A DNA stretch of 64,000 nt from Puniceibacterium sp. (GCA_024636635.1 JAGXGV010000030.1:186-64185); one strand, 5' to 3'; numbered from the stretch's first letter, positions 30,994 through 41,930 are shown. A program made the numbers and translations. The notes: generated from the letters alone by a model not told the origin.

Positions 30994-32337
30994 ATGCGCC
31001 TGAGCCGTTACTTCATGCCCGTGCTGCGCGAAACGCCGGCTGAGGCGCAGATCGTCAGCCACCGCTACATGCTGCGCGCCGGCATGATCAAGCAGGCCGC
31101 CGCCGGAATCTATTCCTGGCTGCCGCTGGGCTATCGGGTGCTGCGCAAGATCGAAAACATCGTGCACGAGGAACAGCAGCGCGCAGGCCATATCCCGATG
31201 TTGATGCCGACGCTCCAGTCCGCCGATCTCTGGAAGGAATCCGGCCGTTACGACGCCTACGGCCCCGAGATGCTGCGCATCAAGGACCGGCAGGACCGCG
31301 ACATGCTGTATGGTCCCACCAACGAGGAGATGATCACCGACATCTTTCGCGCCCACGTCGGCTCCTACAAGGACCTGCCGCTGACGCTTTACCATATCCA
31401 GTGGAAATTCCGGGACGAGATGCGCCCCCGGTTCGGCGTGATGCGCGGGCGCGAATTCCTGATGAAGGATGGCTACAACTTCGACCTCACGAAAGAGGAC
31501 GCGCTGCACGCCTACAACCGGCACCTGGTCAGCTACCTGCGCACCTATGAACGCATGGGGTTGCAGGCGATCCCGATGCGGGCGGATTCCGGCCCCATCG
31601 GCGGCGATGACACACACGAATTCCTCGTGCTGGCCGAAACCGGCGAATCCGAAGTGTTCTATGACAGCGCGATCACCGACCTGAAATTCGGTGACCGCAC
31701 CATCGACTATGATTCGGTCGACCAGTGCCGCGCCGTGCTGGATGAGTTCACCTCGCGCTATGCCCGCACCGACGAAACCCATGATAAGGCGCTGTTTGAA
31801 GAGGTGCCCGAAGACCGCCGCCGCGTGGCGCGCGGCATCGAAGTCGGTCAGATCTTCTATTTCGGCACCAAGTATTCCGATGCGATGGGCGCCACGGTGG
31901 TCGGTCCCGACGGCGCTCGGGTACCCGTCCACATGGGATCGCATGGGATCGGAGTATCACGCCTGCTGGGCGCCATCATCGAGGCGTCCCACGACGACAA
32001 GGGCATCATCTGGCCCGAAGGGGTGACACCGTTCCATTGCGGGATCGTGAACCTCAAACAGGGCGACGCCGAGGCCGACGCAGCCTGCGAGGCGCTCTAC
32101 GATTCCCTCACGGCCATCGGGCTTGACCCGCTCTACGATGACCGCGAGGAACGCGCCGGTGCCAAATTCGCAACGATGGATCTGATCGGCCTGCCGTGGC
32201 GGATCACCGTGGGGCCGCGCGGGCTCAGGAACGGAGTGGTCGAACTGACCTCGCGCCGCAGTGGCGAAAGTGAGGAATTGTCGCCCGAAGCGGCAGTCGA
32301 ACGGGTCGCCAAGATCTATGGCGTGATCCGGGGCTGA
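30994..32337 (+). CDS. proS: Proline--tRNA ligase
   Basis: [28 protein letters not shown]. Confidence 0.97.
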   Translation: MRLSRYFMPVLRETPAEAQIVSHRYMLRAGMIKQAAAGIYSWLPLGYRVLRKIENIVHEEQQRAGHIPMLMPTLQSADLWKESGRYDAYGPEMLRIKDRQDRDMLYGPTNEEMITDIFRAHVGSYKDLPLTLYHIQWKFRDEMRPRFGVMRGREFLMKDGYNFDLTKEDALHAYNRHLVSYLRTYERMGLQAIPMRADSGPIGGDDTHEFLVLAETGESEVFYDSAITDLKFGDRTIDYDSVDQCRAVLDEFTSRYARTDETHDKALFEEVPEDRRRVARGIEVGQIFYFGTKYSDAMGATVVGPDGARVPVHMGSHGIGVSRLLGAIIEASHDDKGIIWPEGVTPFHCGIVNLKQGDAEADAACEALYDSLTAIGLDPLYDDREERAGAKFATMDLIGLPWRITVGPRGLRNGVVELTSRRSGESEELSPEAAVERVAKIYGVIRG

Positions 32338-32416
32338 ACACTGGCGCGCACAAGGGTTCTTTGCTAATCTTCATAAGGCATCCCGAAAAGAGGATGACCG
32401 ATGAGGAGAGAGCGGG

Positions 32417-32920
32417 ATGATCCTGCGCGCCGTGACACTTGCCGCCGGTCTGACCGGAGCCATGGGGCTGTCGCAGTTCCCTGAATACTCGCAGCAATAC
32501 ATCCAGCGCCTTGGCGGCGCGGTGGATGAACTGGCGCGGATCGTGCAGCAGTTCGATGCCGATGCAGACAGGGTGGGGCTGACCCGCATCGCCGCGCTGT
32601 CGGAATTGCAAGGTGGCGGAGCGTTCGGAGCGGAACATGCCCGCAGCATGGCTGCCACCATCGCGCGCCACGACCGGCTCAGCAACGATCTGGCGGTGCT
32701 GGACGGGGCCGGGCCCTTTACCCGCGCGCGGCTGGCCGCACATCTGGGCGACCCGGACATCGCGGCCCGCGCATGGGCCGCCTACCGACCGGCTCTGCCC
32801 GTGACCTTCGAAGGCGCGATTTTCGCCGGGGCGGGGTTCCTGCTGGCGACAACGCTGGTCCGGATGCTGGCGGCGCTGATCTCAGGCGCTTTTCTCAGGC
32901 CCCGCCGCACCACGGCCTGA
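32417..32920 (+). CDS. DUF2937 family membrane protein
   Basis: SQFPEYSQQYIQRLGGAVDEL, YRPALPVT. Confidence 0.88.
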   Translation: MILRAVTLAAGLTGAMGLSQFPEYSQQYIQRLGGAVDELARIVQQFDADADRVGLTRIAALSELQGGGAFGAEHARSMAATIARHDRLSNDLAVLDGAGPFTRARLAAHLGDPDIAARAWAAYRPALPVTFEGAIFAGAGFLLATTLVRMLAALISGAFLRPRRTTA

Positions 32921-32927
32921 CCCGGGC

Positions 32928-32976
32928 GCAAAACTTTTCATAAAAGTTTTGCCAAGAGTTTTCAGAAAACTCTTGG
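32928..32976. repeat. Tandem pair of 25-bp AT-rich palindromes
   Basis: GCAAAACTTTT-CAT-AAAAGTTTTGC then CCAAGAGTTTTC-A-GAAAACTCTTGG, between convergent genes. Confidence 0.85.
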
Positions 32977-33001
32977 GCGCGCGACGTCGGACTGGTGCGC
33001 C

Positions 33002-34345
33002 TCAGACCGCTGCGTTGACTTCGGCCACGATACTGTCGACCACACGCGCCAGCAGGGTCTCGTCCTCGCATTCCGCCATGACGCGGATCAGCGGCTCGGT
33101 ACCGGATTTGCGGATCAGCAGGCGGCCCCGGTCGGCCAGATCGGATTCGGCTGCCCGGATCGCCCCTTTGACGGCAGCATCTTCCAGCGGCGTCTGCCCG
33201 GCCTTGTAGCGGACGTTGCGCAGCAGCTGCGGCACCGGGTCAAAGCTGTGGGCCAGCACGCTCGCAGGCTTTCCCGTGCGCACCATCTCGGAGAGGAACT
33301 GCAACGCCGCCATCAGCCCGTCGCCGGTCGTTGCATGGTCGGTCATCACGATATGTCCCGACTGTTCTCCACCCAGGTTCCAGCCGCCGCGTCGCATCGC
33401 CTCGACCACGTAGCGGTCGCCCACGCCTGTCCGCTCCAGCCGCACGCCACGCTCGGCCAGAAAGCGTTCAAGTCCGAGGTTGGACATGACCGTGGCGACT
33501 AGCGTCGCGTCCTTCAGGCGGCCTTCCTCGGCCCAGCGCGCGGCCATCAGCGCCATCAGCTGGTCACCATCCGCCACCTTTCCAGTCTCGTCGATGAGGA
33601 TCACCCGGTCGGCGTCACCATCAAGGCAGATGCCGATATGGGCCCCATGCGCGACCACCGTCTCGGCCGCGATGCGCGGGTTGGTCGAGCCGCAGTCGAG
33701 GTTGATGTTCGCCCCGTTGGGCGACACGCCGATGGGAATCACGTCCGCACCAAGTTCCCAAAGCACCTCTGGCGCCGCGCGGTAGGCGGCGCCATTGGCG
33801 CAGTCGATCACCACTTTCATTCCATCCAGACGCATTCCGGCCGGAAAAGTCGACTTCACCCGCTCCTGATAGCGCGACCTCCCGTCGTCGATACGCCGCG
33901 CTCGCCCGATATTGGCCGCAGTGGCAGGATTGACGCCTTTTTCCACCAGCGCCTCGATCTCGGCCTCTGCCTCGTCCGAAAGCTTGAAGCCGTCGGGGCC
34001 GAAGAACTTGATGCCGTTGTCCTGGCTCGGATTGTGCGAGGCCGAAATCATGATGCCAAGATCGGCGCGCATCGACGGGGTCAGAAGCCCCACAGCAGGC
34101 GTCGGCACAGGACCAAGCAGCAGTACGTTCATACCGGTCGAGGTCAGCCCCGCGGTCAGTGCATTCTCGAACATGTAGCCAGACTGCCGCGTGTCCTTGC
34201 CGATCACCACCCGGTGCACGCCACTGCGTTCGCGGCGGAAATACCGGCCCGCCGCCGCGCCGATGGCCAGCGCCATCTGGGCCGTCATCGGGTAGACGTT
34301 GGCGGTTCCCCGCACACCATCGGTGCCGAACAGTTTACGCGTCAT
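33002..34345 (-). CDS. glmM: Phosphoglucosamine mutase
   Basis: [34 protein letters not shown]. Confidence 0.97.
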   Translation of the reverse strand: MTRKLFGTDGVRGTANVYPMTAQMALAIGAAAGRYFRRERSGVHRVVIGKDTRQSGYMFENALTAGLTSTGMNVLLLGPVPTPAVGLLTPSMRADLGIMISASHNPSQDNGIKFFGPDGFKLSDEAEAEIEALVEKGVNPATAANIGRARRIDDGRSRYQERVKSTFPAGMRLDGMKVVIDCANGAAYRAAPEVLWELGADVIPIGVSPNGANINLDCGSTNPRIAAETVVAHGAHIGICLDGDADRVILIDETGKVADGDQLMALMAARWAEEGRLKDATLVATVMSNLGLERFLAERGVRLERTGVGDRYVVEAMRRGGWNLGGEQSGHIVMTDHATTGDGLMAALQFLSEMVRTGKPASVLAHSFDPVPQLLRNVRYKAGQTPLEDAAVKGAIRAAESDLADRGRLLIRKSGTEPLIRVMAECEDETLLARVVDSIVAEVNAAV

Positions 34346-35354
34346 GCTTTTCTCCTTCGTGGACCGCGGACCAAAGCGCAATGGCCTGAGCGGTTTCGGC
34401 GACATCATGCACCCGCAGGATCTGTACGCCCTGCGCGACGGCTCCCAAAGCGACCGCCAGCGATCCGGGCACCCGCATGTCGGTGTCGGGCACACCGGCG
34501 ATCCTGCCGATGAACGCCTTGCGCGAGGCCCCGACAAGGACCGGACATCCCAGGCTGTGGAACAGGCTCACATTGCGCAGGATGGTCAGGTTGTGGGCAA
34601 GGTTCTTGCCAAAGCCGATGCCCGGATCGGCCAGGATGCGGCTGCGCGGAATACCAAGCTCCCCGAGCATCAGGATCTGTGCGGCCAGGAAATCATATAC
34701 ATCCAGCAACACGTCATCATAGCGCGGAGCCTTCTGCATCGTTTCGGGGTCGCCCTGCGCATGCATGACACAGACCGGCAGCGCGTTGCGGGCACAGTAT
34801 TGCGCCAGCATCCTGTCATGGGTGAAGCCCGACACATCGTTGACCAGAACGGCGCCGGCCTGCACCGCCGCATCCGCAACGCCGGTCTTGCGCGTGTCGA
34901 TCGAGATCGGGATGTCGACCGCTTGGCAAAGCGCCGTGATCACCGGTTCGATCCGCGCGATCTCGCTTTCCACGGTCAGGGTTTCCGCACCGGGCCGGGT
35001 GGATTCGCCACCAACATCGATCATGTCGGCCCCGTCCGCCATCATCCGCAGGCCGTGGGCAACGGCCCGCTCTGGCCCGCTGAACCGTCCGCCATCGGAA
35101 AAGCTGTCGGGGGTCACGTTGAGGATGCCCATAAGGCGCGGCCGCTCAAGGCTCAGACCGCAGACCGGCAGGCGGGGCGCCGACAGGGCGTTCAGCGCCT
35201 CGGGCGGCAGGTCGGCGGCGGGCATCCGCACGCCGGGGCGGCCGCGCCGCAGATGCTCGACATGGCTGAACCAGCCCGGACCACCGGCAAGCGGCACAGC
35301 CGTGTCCGGGCGCGGTGCATCCATGCGCACAAGTGGTCTGAAATAGTCGCTCAT
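34335..35354 (-). CDS. folP: Dihydropteroate synthase with N-terminal extension
   Basis: [35 protein letters not shown]. Confidence 0.96.
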   Translation of the reverse strand: MSDYFRPLVRMDAPRPDTAVPLAGGPGWFSHVEHLRRGRPGVRMPAADLPPEALNALSAPRLPVCGLSLERPRLMGILNVTPDSFSDGGRFSGPERAVAHGLRMMADGADMIDVGGESTRPGAETLTVESEIARIEPVITALCQAVDIPISIDTRKTGVADAAVQAGAVLVNDVSGFTHDRMLAQYCARNALPVCVMHAQGDPETMQKAPRYDDVLLDVYDFLAAQILMLGELGIPRSRILADPGIGFGKNLAHNLTILRNVSLFHSLGCPVLVGASRKAFIGRIAGVPDTDMRVPGSLAVALGAVAQGVQILRVHDVAETAQAIALWSAVHEGEKHDA

Positions 35355-35393
35355 GGCCCTTGCATGGGGTATCGTGCCGGGCTTGGCAAGCGC

Positions 35394-36320
35394 TCAGATC
35401 GCGCTTTCCAGAGTGGCCGCGCGCCGCACCGGCACCGGTGCCGTCTCGGGCACAGGCACACCGACCACCAGCAGTTCGCGCGCCGTCATCTGGTCCGCGA
35501 ACCACACGGCAAGGTCGGTTGCATCGCCGCGCGGCAGGCTTGCACCCTGTGCGGCGTCCAGCACCATCTTGGACGGTGCCCAGACGCAGATCTGCCCGTT
35601 CCGCATCGCCCAGTCCAGTTCGGTGCGCGTGCCGACCACCTTGCAGCGCGGGTCGCGCCCGGCCAGCACCCAGGCGTTCTGCTCGATGCCCAGCAGATCG
35701 ATCCGGCGCTGCGCGAGCCTGTGACCGGCATGGGGCAGGGCGGTCACAGGCAGCCCGACACAGAGTATGGCAGGCACATCCGACGCCTGAAGCCGGTCAA
35801 TCCAACCCACCAGATCGGGCGAGGCAATGGCCTCGTTCGACAGATGGATCACCCGGGGGTGGGGGCGTTCCTGCGCCGCCTCGTGCAGCCGTGGCCCCAG
35901 ATCCCGGCGGGTGCGCACGATCTCGACCCCCAGCGCGCCGGGGCCGCGGTCCAGCTTTTCGATCCGCACGAAGGTCCGCAGCGCCTGCGGTTCCAGCAGG
36001 ATGCGCTCGGCCAAACGCTCGGCCAGTGTTTCCAGCAGGTTCACGCGTTCGACAGCAAGCTCGTGGGCGATGGCCTCGGTCACGCGGTCATAGGACAGGA
36101 TGCGGTCCACATCGTCGTCCAGCGGGCCGGTAAACGGTGTGACCTCGACCACCACGTTGAAACAGATGCGCTGGGTGGTGCCGCGTTCGGCCTGAAAGGC
36201 GCCAATCTCGACCTCGGCAATGTGATTGCGCAACGAGATGCGGTCGCGCGGATCGTCCGTGGCCGACGTCAGCGACCGCTCGGACGGATGCGAAAAGGCA
36301 AGGTGGATTTCGTTGGTCAT
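35394..36320 (-). CDS. folB: Dihydroneopterin aldolase fused to an extra C-terminal domain
   Basis: IGAFQAER...QR, LSYD, LLETLAE, RIEK; about 160 extra C-terminal residues. Confidence 0.85.
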   Translation of the reverse strand: MTNEIHLAFSHPSERSLTSATDDPRDRISLRNHIAEVEIGAFQAERGTTQRICFNVVVEVTPFTGPLDDDVDRILSYDRVTEAIAHELAVERVNLLETLAERLAERILLEPQALRTFVRIEKLDRGPGALGVEIVRTRRDLGPRLHEAAQERPHPRVIHLSNEAIASPDLVGWIDRLQASDVPAILCVGLPVTALPHAGHRLAQRRIDLLGIEQNAWVLAGRDPRCKVVGTRTELDWAMRNGQICVWAPSKMVLDAAQGASLPRGDATDLAVWFADQMTARELLVVGVPVPETAPVPVRRAATLESAI

Positions 36321-36424
36321 GGCAGGCATCCGGCGCGGCAAGGTTCCGGCCACTGTATCAGCGCCTGCGCGCGGACACACCCGCCGAAAGCGACGGTTTG
36401 TGCCATCTTTGGTATCGGTCGGGC

Positions 36425-37063
36425 TCAGTTCCGGCTCAGGCGGGTGGGCTGGCGATAGAAAAGATGCGTCCCGATCTGCGCGGTCAACGGGAACTTGCGC
36501 GCCCACTTCGGGTTCACCTGTCCGGTGTGGTAATGCGTGGCCCCGTCGGTCAGCGCGCGCGGCGCGCCGGACAGCATCAGCAGGGCCACCTTGCCGACGT
36601 CGGCAAAGGCGCCGGGTTCGTGGATCGATTCGGGGTTTCCGTCACAGGTGTAGGTGAACTGGCAGCCGTATTTCTTGCCTGTGCCCTGATGCACGACACC
36701 GCAGACCGAATTGGGATAGCGCGGGCTGTCGACGCGGTTCAGGATGACCTCGGCCACCGCGAACTGGCCTTTCACGGTCTCTCCGCGGGCCTCGAAATAC
36801 AGCGCCTCGGCAAGGCACTGCCACTGCTCGTCGCCGGCTGCCCGGGGTTGCTCGCTCAGAAAGCCGCGGCTGTAGTTGACATCGGTGGCCGAAGATGGCG
36901 CGGTCGGCGACAGCAAACTGCGCAGGTGGGCGGGCTTTGCAGCGCGCAAGCCGCGCTGTTCGATCTTGATCAGGGTGTCGGCGTTGGTGTTCTCGCGCTC
37001 TGCAAATGCGGGCTGATAAAATGCGATGGTTGCGAAAATCGCGACCGAAATGATTTTGAACAT
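36425..37063 (-). CDS. Cell wall hydrolase (SleB/Hydrolase_2)
   Basis: [36 protein letters not shown]. Confidence 0.92.
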   Translation of the reverse strand: MFKIISVAIFATIAFYQPAFAERENTNADTLIKIEQRGLRAAKPAHLRSLLSPTAPSSATDVNYSRGFLSEQPRAAGDEQWQCLAEALYFEARGETVKGQFAVAEVILNRVDSPRYPNSVCGVVHQGTGKKYGCQFTYTCDGNPESIHEPGAFADVGKVALLMLSGAPRALTDGATHYHTGQVNPKWARKFPLTAQIGTHLFYRQPTRLSRN

Positions 37064-37235
37064 GATGTCCCTCTACCTCTGCGGATGGCCGTCCATGCGG
37101 GTCTTCAGATCGCACAAAACTCGGGCGTCATAGCCAGAGGGGGGGCTGAGGTAAAGTTTGGGGGCTGTCCGATCGGCAAAACACCGCCCATCGGACGCTG
37201 AAAATAGCATATAAAGTGGGATCGCGCGGCTGAAT

Positions 37236-39803
37236 CTACCCGATCTTGTCCCGTACTGCAAGTTGTGCTGCGGCAAGCCGTGCAAGCGGAACGCGAAAAG
37301 GCGAACAGCTGACATAGTCGAATCCGGCGGCCCGGCAAAAGGCAATCGATTCGGGGTCGCCACCATGTTCGCCACAGATCGACAGCGTCACATGCGGCCG
37401 TCCCGCCCTTGCCCGGGCGGCCCCGATGCGCAACAGCTCGCCCACGCCGTCGGTGTCCAGGCGATGGAACGGATCCTCGGGAAACACGCCCTGACGCACA
37501 TATTCCGACATGAACCGCCCGGCATCGTCGCGCGACAGGCCATAGGTCATCTGCGTCAGGTCGTTGGTCCCGAAGCTCAGGAACTGGACATGCTGCACGA
37601 TCTCGTCGGCGCGCAGGCAGGCGCGCGGCGTTTCGGCCATGACCCCCAGGCGAAAGGTGAAATCGACGCCGCGTTCACTGCGCACCGCCGCCGCCACCGC
37701 GTCGATGCGCTTGCGCACGATCTCTACCTCGCGGCTTGCGGACACCAGCGGAATCATGATCTCGGGCACCACGGCCACGCCGTCCTGCGCGGTCTCGACC
37801 GTCGCCTCAAAGATGGCGCGGGCCTGCATGTCGTATATTTCGGGAACGGTGATGCCCAGACGCACGCCGCGCATGCCCAGCATGGGGTTGTATTCGCCCA
37901 TCGATTCGACCCGGCGGGTGACGTCGCTTACCGGCAGGTCCAGCGCCTCGGCCAGGTCGCGCAGTCCGGCGCGGTCGGTGGGCAGGAATTCGTGCAGGGG
38001 CGGGTCGAACAGGCGAATGCAGACCGGCTGCCCGGTCATGATGGTGAACAGTTCCTTGAAATCCGCGCGCTGCATCGGCAGCAGCAGTTCCAGTGCCGAA
38101 TGTCGGTCCTTCGGATCATCGGCAAAGATCATCTCGCGCATGACCGTCAGGCGCCCGGGTTCAAAGAACATGTGTTCGGTCCGGCACAGCCCGATGCCCT
38201 GCGCCGCAAAATTGCGCGCTGTCTGGGCATCGGCGGGCGTGTCGGCATTGGCGCGCACACCGATGTCGCGCTCCGCGTCGGCCCAGCCCATAAGCGTCTG
38301 GAAACTGTCGTCCAGCAGCGGCTCGACCATCTGCGGCGCTCCGGCAAGAACCTCGCCCCTTGTGCCGTCGACGGTGATCACATCCCCTTCGCGAAAGGTG
38401 CGGCCATCCTCGGACACCAGCATCTTGCGGCGCAGGTGGAACTTCATCCGCGACGCGCCCACCACGCAGGGCAGGCCGATGCCGCGCCCGATGACGGCCG
38501 CGTGGCTGGTGATGCCGCCACGTTCGGTCAGCACGGCGCTGGCCGCGTGCATGCCCCGGATATCCTCGGGCGAGGTTTCGCGCCGCACAAGGATGCAGGT
38601 TTCGCCGCGCGCGGCGCTCGACTGCGCCTCGGCGGCGGAAAACACCATGCGGCCCGTCGCGGCCCCCGGACTGGCCGCGATGCCCTTGCCGATCAGGTCG
38701 CGCGGTGCATCCTCGGCGATCTGGCGGTGCAGCAGTTCCGACAGGGCGCGCGGTTCGACACGCAGCAGCGCCTCTTGCGGGGTGATGATGCCGTCCTGTG
38801 CCAGCCCAACGGCGATGCGGACAGAAGCCCGCGACGAACGGCGCACACGTACGCCGTCCAGAATGTGCAGGCGGCCGTTCTCGATGGTGAATTCGATCTG
38901 CATCTCGGCCCGCAACCGGCGCCGCATCAGCGCCGCATGTGCCTTGAGCTGGGCAAAAGCCTCGGGCGCCAGTTCCTCAAGCGACGGGCCGCGCGGATCG
39001 CGTTCCAGAAACAGCGATGCCGCGCCGCGCTGCAAGGCATCCCGCCCCTGGCTCTGGCTCAGGTAACGCCCGGTGACCTGCAAGGCTCCGGTGTCGGAAT
39101 TGACCAGTTGCAGCACACCCGAGCCGCATTCGCCATTGCCCAGCCCCAGTGCCATCTCCTGCACCACAAGGCCAAGGCCCGCATCCACCGGCGCACCCTT
39201 GGCCTGACGCAGCAGCCGGGCCGTCGTGCCCTCCCATGCCCGCGCCATCGACCGCAGCACTTCGGACAACTGCCGCGCGGGGGTCTGGGGAAACGGCTCC
39301 TCGGCCTCTTCCTCGTAGGTCAGCAGCGCCTGCGTCAGTGCAAGCTTGCCATCGTCCGCGATGCTGTCGAACAGGTCCGGGTCCAGCCGCGCCACATGGA
39401 TCGCATAGGATTTGATGAACCGCAGGTAAAGGTTCGTCGCCGCTTCGGTGCCCAGGGTTTCACACAGGGCGGCGTAGCGGAGATCGTTCATCCCGATGTT
39501 CAGGATCGCCCCGGGTCCGCCCCAGTCGGGGTCCTCGGACGAGGGGCGCACGCAAAGCAGGGCATCGCCGTCAAAATGCTGAAGGATCGTCGCCATGCCC
39601 GGCATGGAACCGTGGGCGATGCGCAGCACGGTGCGGAACGACAGCGCCACAGTGCAGGGCACCGGCAGGTCAAGCCGCACCAGACGCTGAAGACACTTCG
39701 CGCGCCCGCCATGGGTCGGCGTCGCTATGGGCGCTCCGGCAAGGATCAGCGTCACATCGGGATCGGGCGTCTCTTCCAGGATCCGGGGGTCGAATTTCTG
39801 CAC
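37236..39803 (-). CDS. ppdK: Pyruvate phosphate dikinase-like PEP-utilising protein
   Basis: GGITSHAAV phospho-His, GIGLCRTEHMF, FGTNDLTQ, ICGEHGG; N-terminal domain divergent. Confidence 0.85.
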   Translation of the reverse strand: MQKFDPRILEETPDPDVTLILAGAPIATPTHGGRAKCLQRLVRLDLPVPCTVALSFRTVLRIAHGSMPGMATILQHFDGDALLCVRPSSEDPDWGGPGAILNIGMNDLRYAALCETLGTEAATNLYLRFIKSYAIHVARLDPDLFDSIADDGKLALTQALLTYEEEAEEPFPQTPARQLSEVLRSMARAWEGTTARLLRQAKGAPVDAGLGLVVQEMALGLGNGECGSGVLQLVNSDTGALQVTGRYLSQSQGRDALQRGAASLFLERDPRGPSLEELAPEAFAQLKAHAALMRRRLRAEMQIEFTIENGRLHILDGVRVRRSSRASVRIAVGLAQDGIITPQEALLRVEPRALSELLHRQIAEDAPRDLIGKGIAASPGAATGRMVFSAAEAQSSAARGETCILVRRETSPEDIRGMHAASAVLTERGGITSHAAVIGRGIGLPCVVGASRMKFHLRRKMLVSEDGRTFREGDVITVDGTRGEVLAGAPQMVEPLLDDSFQTLMGWADAERDIGVRANADTPADAQTARNFAAQGIGLCRTEHMFFEPGRLTVMREMIFADDPKDRHSALELLLPMQRADFKELFTIMTGQPVCIRLFDPPLHEFLPTDRAGLRDLAEALDLPVSDVTRRVESMGEYNPMLGMRGVRLGITVPEIYDMQARAIFEATVETAQDGVAVVPEIMIPLVSASREVEIVRKRIDAVAAAVRSERGVDFTFRLGVMAETPRACLRADEIVQHVQFLSFGTNDLTQMTYGLSRDDAGRFMSEYVRQGVFPEDPFHRLDTDGVGELLRIGAARARAGRPHVTLSICGEHGGDPESIAFCRAAGFDYVSCSPFRVPLARLAAAQLAVRDKIG

Positions 39804-39875
39804 TGCAGCACCTCTTGGCTGTGCGAAGAATACGCCGGATCAGGCCCGTGTAAAGGTCGCGATTCGTTGCCGCGT

Positions 39876-41930
39876 TCAGCCGTCGAGCCGACTCAGATCC
39901 GCCGCCTGAAGACAGACGGTCCGGATCCGGCTGAGCAGGTTAAGCCGATTGCGGCGCAACACGTCGCTGTCCGCATTGACCTGCACGGCGTCGAAAAAGG
40001 CATCGACGGCGGGGCGCAGGGCCGCCATCGCCTGCATGGCGGTGGCGAAATCCCCGGTTTTCATGGCCGGGGTGATCTTCGCCTCGGCCGAATCGAGCGC
40101 GGCGAAAAGCGCGTGTTCCTCGGGCGCTTCGGCGAATTTCTTGTCAGCGCCAAAGGAATATTCGACGCCATCCTTGTCCTCGGCCTGGGTGAGGATGTTG
40201 TTGGCCCGCTTGAAACCCTGCACAAGGTTAGTGCCGTCCTCGGTCCTGAGAACGTCCGAAAGGGCACGTGCGCGTGCGACCAACAAGGTCAGATCGTCAT
40301 TCTGTGGCATCGACACGCAGGCATCGATCACGTCATGCCGGATGCCTTCGTCGCGCAAATGGACCTTGAGCCGGTCGTGAAGAAACGACAGCAGATCGGC
40401 GGACCAAAAATTTTCGCCGAAAATTTTTGCCAGCGGCACCGTCAGAGCGTTCGCCGTGACCAACCGGATCACCCCAAGTGCCGCGCGCCGCAGCGCGAAA
40501 GGATCCTTTGACCCTGTGGGCTTTTCGTCGATCCCCCAGAACCCGGTCAGCATGTCCAGCTTGTCCGCCAGCGCCACCGCGACAGAGACAGGCGCGGTGG
40601 GCACGTCATCCGACGGCCCCAAAGGCGAATAATGCTCTTGGCATGCGGCAGCGACGTCTTCAGGCAAACCTGCGACGGCGCTGTAATACCGCCCCATAAG
40701 CCCCTGAAGTTCCGGAAACTCGCCCACCATCTGCGATTGCAGGTCCGCCTTGGCCACCCGCGCAGCATGCGCCGCCAGATCGGCATCGGCGCCGACCATC
40801 GGAGCGAGTTCACGTGCAAGTGCCGCTATCCGCTCGATCCTGTCGCGCTGCGATCCGAGCTTGTGGTGAAAGGTCACGTCGGCCAGTTGATCGGTCCAGA
40901 CCGACAGCCCGGCCTCGGATTTTGCAACCCGCAGGTCGTTTTCCCAGAAGAACCGCGCATCCGACAGACGCGCGGCAAGCACCTTCTGGTTGCCCGCAAG
41001 GATCGTGGCGCCGTGATCTGCCGTCCCGCGGTTGGCGACGGTTACAAATTTCTCGATCCGGCCCGTTGCGGGAACTTTTACCGAAAAGAACTTCTGATGT
41101 TCGCGCATCGAGGTCTGGAGCACTTCGGGCGGCAGGTCCAGGAACTCGGCGCCGATGTCGCCCATCAGCACGACGGGCCATTCCACCAGCCCCGCAACCT
41201 CGGCCAGCAGCGCCTTGTCTTCGACCACTTCCAGCCCGCTGGCAAAAGCCATGTTCGTGGCGTCATTCCAGATAGCTTCGGCACGCTCTTCCGCGGACAG
41301 GACCACAAAGGCGCGCTTGAGCTTGGCCGCGTAATTCTCGAACGAGGTTACGGAAAAGGCGCCCGGCGCCAGAAAGCGGTGGCCTTCCGTCACGTCCGCC
41401 GCATCAATGTTGCCCACGGTCACGGGCACAACCTCGGCGCCCGCCTCGGTGGTCAGCAGGCACAGGATGCGGTGCAGCGGGCGCACCCAGCGCAGGGTGC
41501 CGTCGCCCCAGCGCATCGATTTGGGCCAGGGAAAGGTGGCGATGGTGTCCTGCACCACCTCGGTCACGATCTCGGCCGCCGGGCGGCCCGGTTTTTCGAT
41601 CATCGCATAGAACACGCGGCCCTTTTTTTCGTCCCGCTCGATCAGCTGATCTCGGCGCAGCCCGACGCCGCGCAGAAAGCCCTCGATCGCCTTTTCGGGC
41701 GCATCGACGCGGGGGCCCTTGCGTTCCTCGCGCAGGGTCGGGCTGCGGTCCAGCAGACCCTCGATGGCCAGCGTCAGACGGCGCGGGGTCGAAAACGCGG
41801 CCGCCCCCGCATAGGTGAGCCCCGCCTCGACGAGGCCGTTCGTCACGTGTGATTTCAGGTCGGCCGCGGCACGGTCCTGCATCCGCGCGGGGATTTCTTC
41901 AGAGAACAGTTCGATCAGCAGGTCGGGCAT
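39876..41930 (-). CDS. glyS: Glycine--tRNA ligase beta subunit
   Basis: ELFSEEIP, TPRRL, WPKSMRW, EFPELQG, TGSKDPFALRR. Confidence 0.97.
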   Translation of the reverse strand: MPDLLIELFSEEIPARMQDRAAADLKSHVTNGLVEAGLTYAGAAAFSTPRRLTLAIEGLLDRSPTLREERKGPRVDAPEKAIEGFLRGVGLRRDQLIERDEKKGRVFYAMIEKPGRPAAEIVTEVVQDTIATFPWPKSMRWGDGTLRWVRPLHRILCLLTTEAGAEVVPVTVGNIDAADVTEGHRFLAPGAFSVTSFENYAAKLKRAFVVLSAEERAEAIWNDATNMAFASGLEVVEDKALLAEVAGLVEWPVVLMGDIGAEFLDLPPEVLQTSMREHQKFFSVKVPATGRIEKFVTVANRGTADHGATILAGNQKVLAARLSDARFFWENDLRVAKSEAGLSVWTDQLADVTFHHKLGSQRDRIERIAALARELAPMVGADADLAAHAARVAKADLQSQMVGEFPELQGLMGRYYSAVAGLPEDVAAACQEHYSPLGPSDDVPTAPVSVAVALADKLDMLTGFWGIDEKPTGSKDPFALRRAALGVIRLVTANALTVPLAKIFGENFWSADLLSFLHDRLKVHLRDEGIRHDVIDACVSMPQNDDLTLLVARARALSDVLRTEDGTNLVQGFKRANNILTQAEDKDGVEYSFGADKKFAEAPEEHALFAALDSAEAKITPAMKTGDFATAMQAMAALRPAVDAFFDAVQVNADSDVLRRNRLNLLSRIRTVCLQAADLSRLDG
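40405..40429. repeat. 25-bp palindrome inside glyS
   Basis: CAAAAATTTTCG-C-CGAAAATTTTTG, perfect 12-bp arms, read as AKIFGENFW. Confidence 0.8.

Noticed and set aside
32928-32976. Palindromes as a CRISPR array
   Set aside because: Only two abutting units, no spacers, no cas genes.
37263-40511. 1082-aa plus-strand ORF, and similar long ORFs at 34299-36458, 27350-28822 and 11179-12771
   Set aside because: Antisense shadows of ppdK/glyS, folP/folB, ppk1 and pccB caused by GC-rich codon bias; no recognisable motifs.
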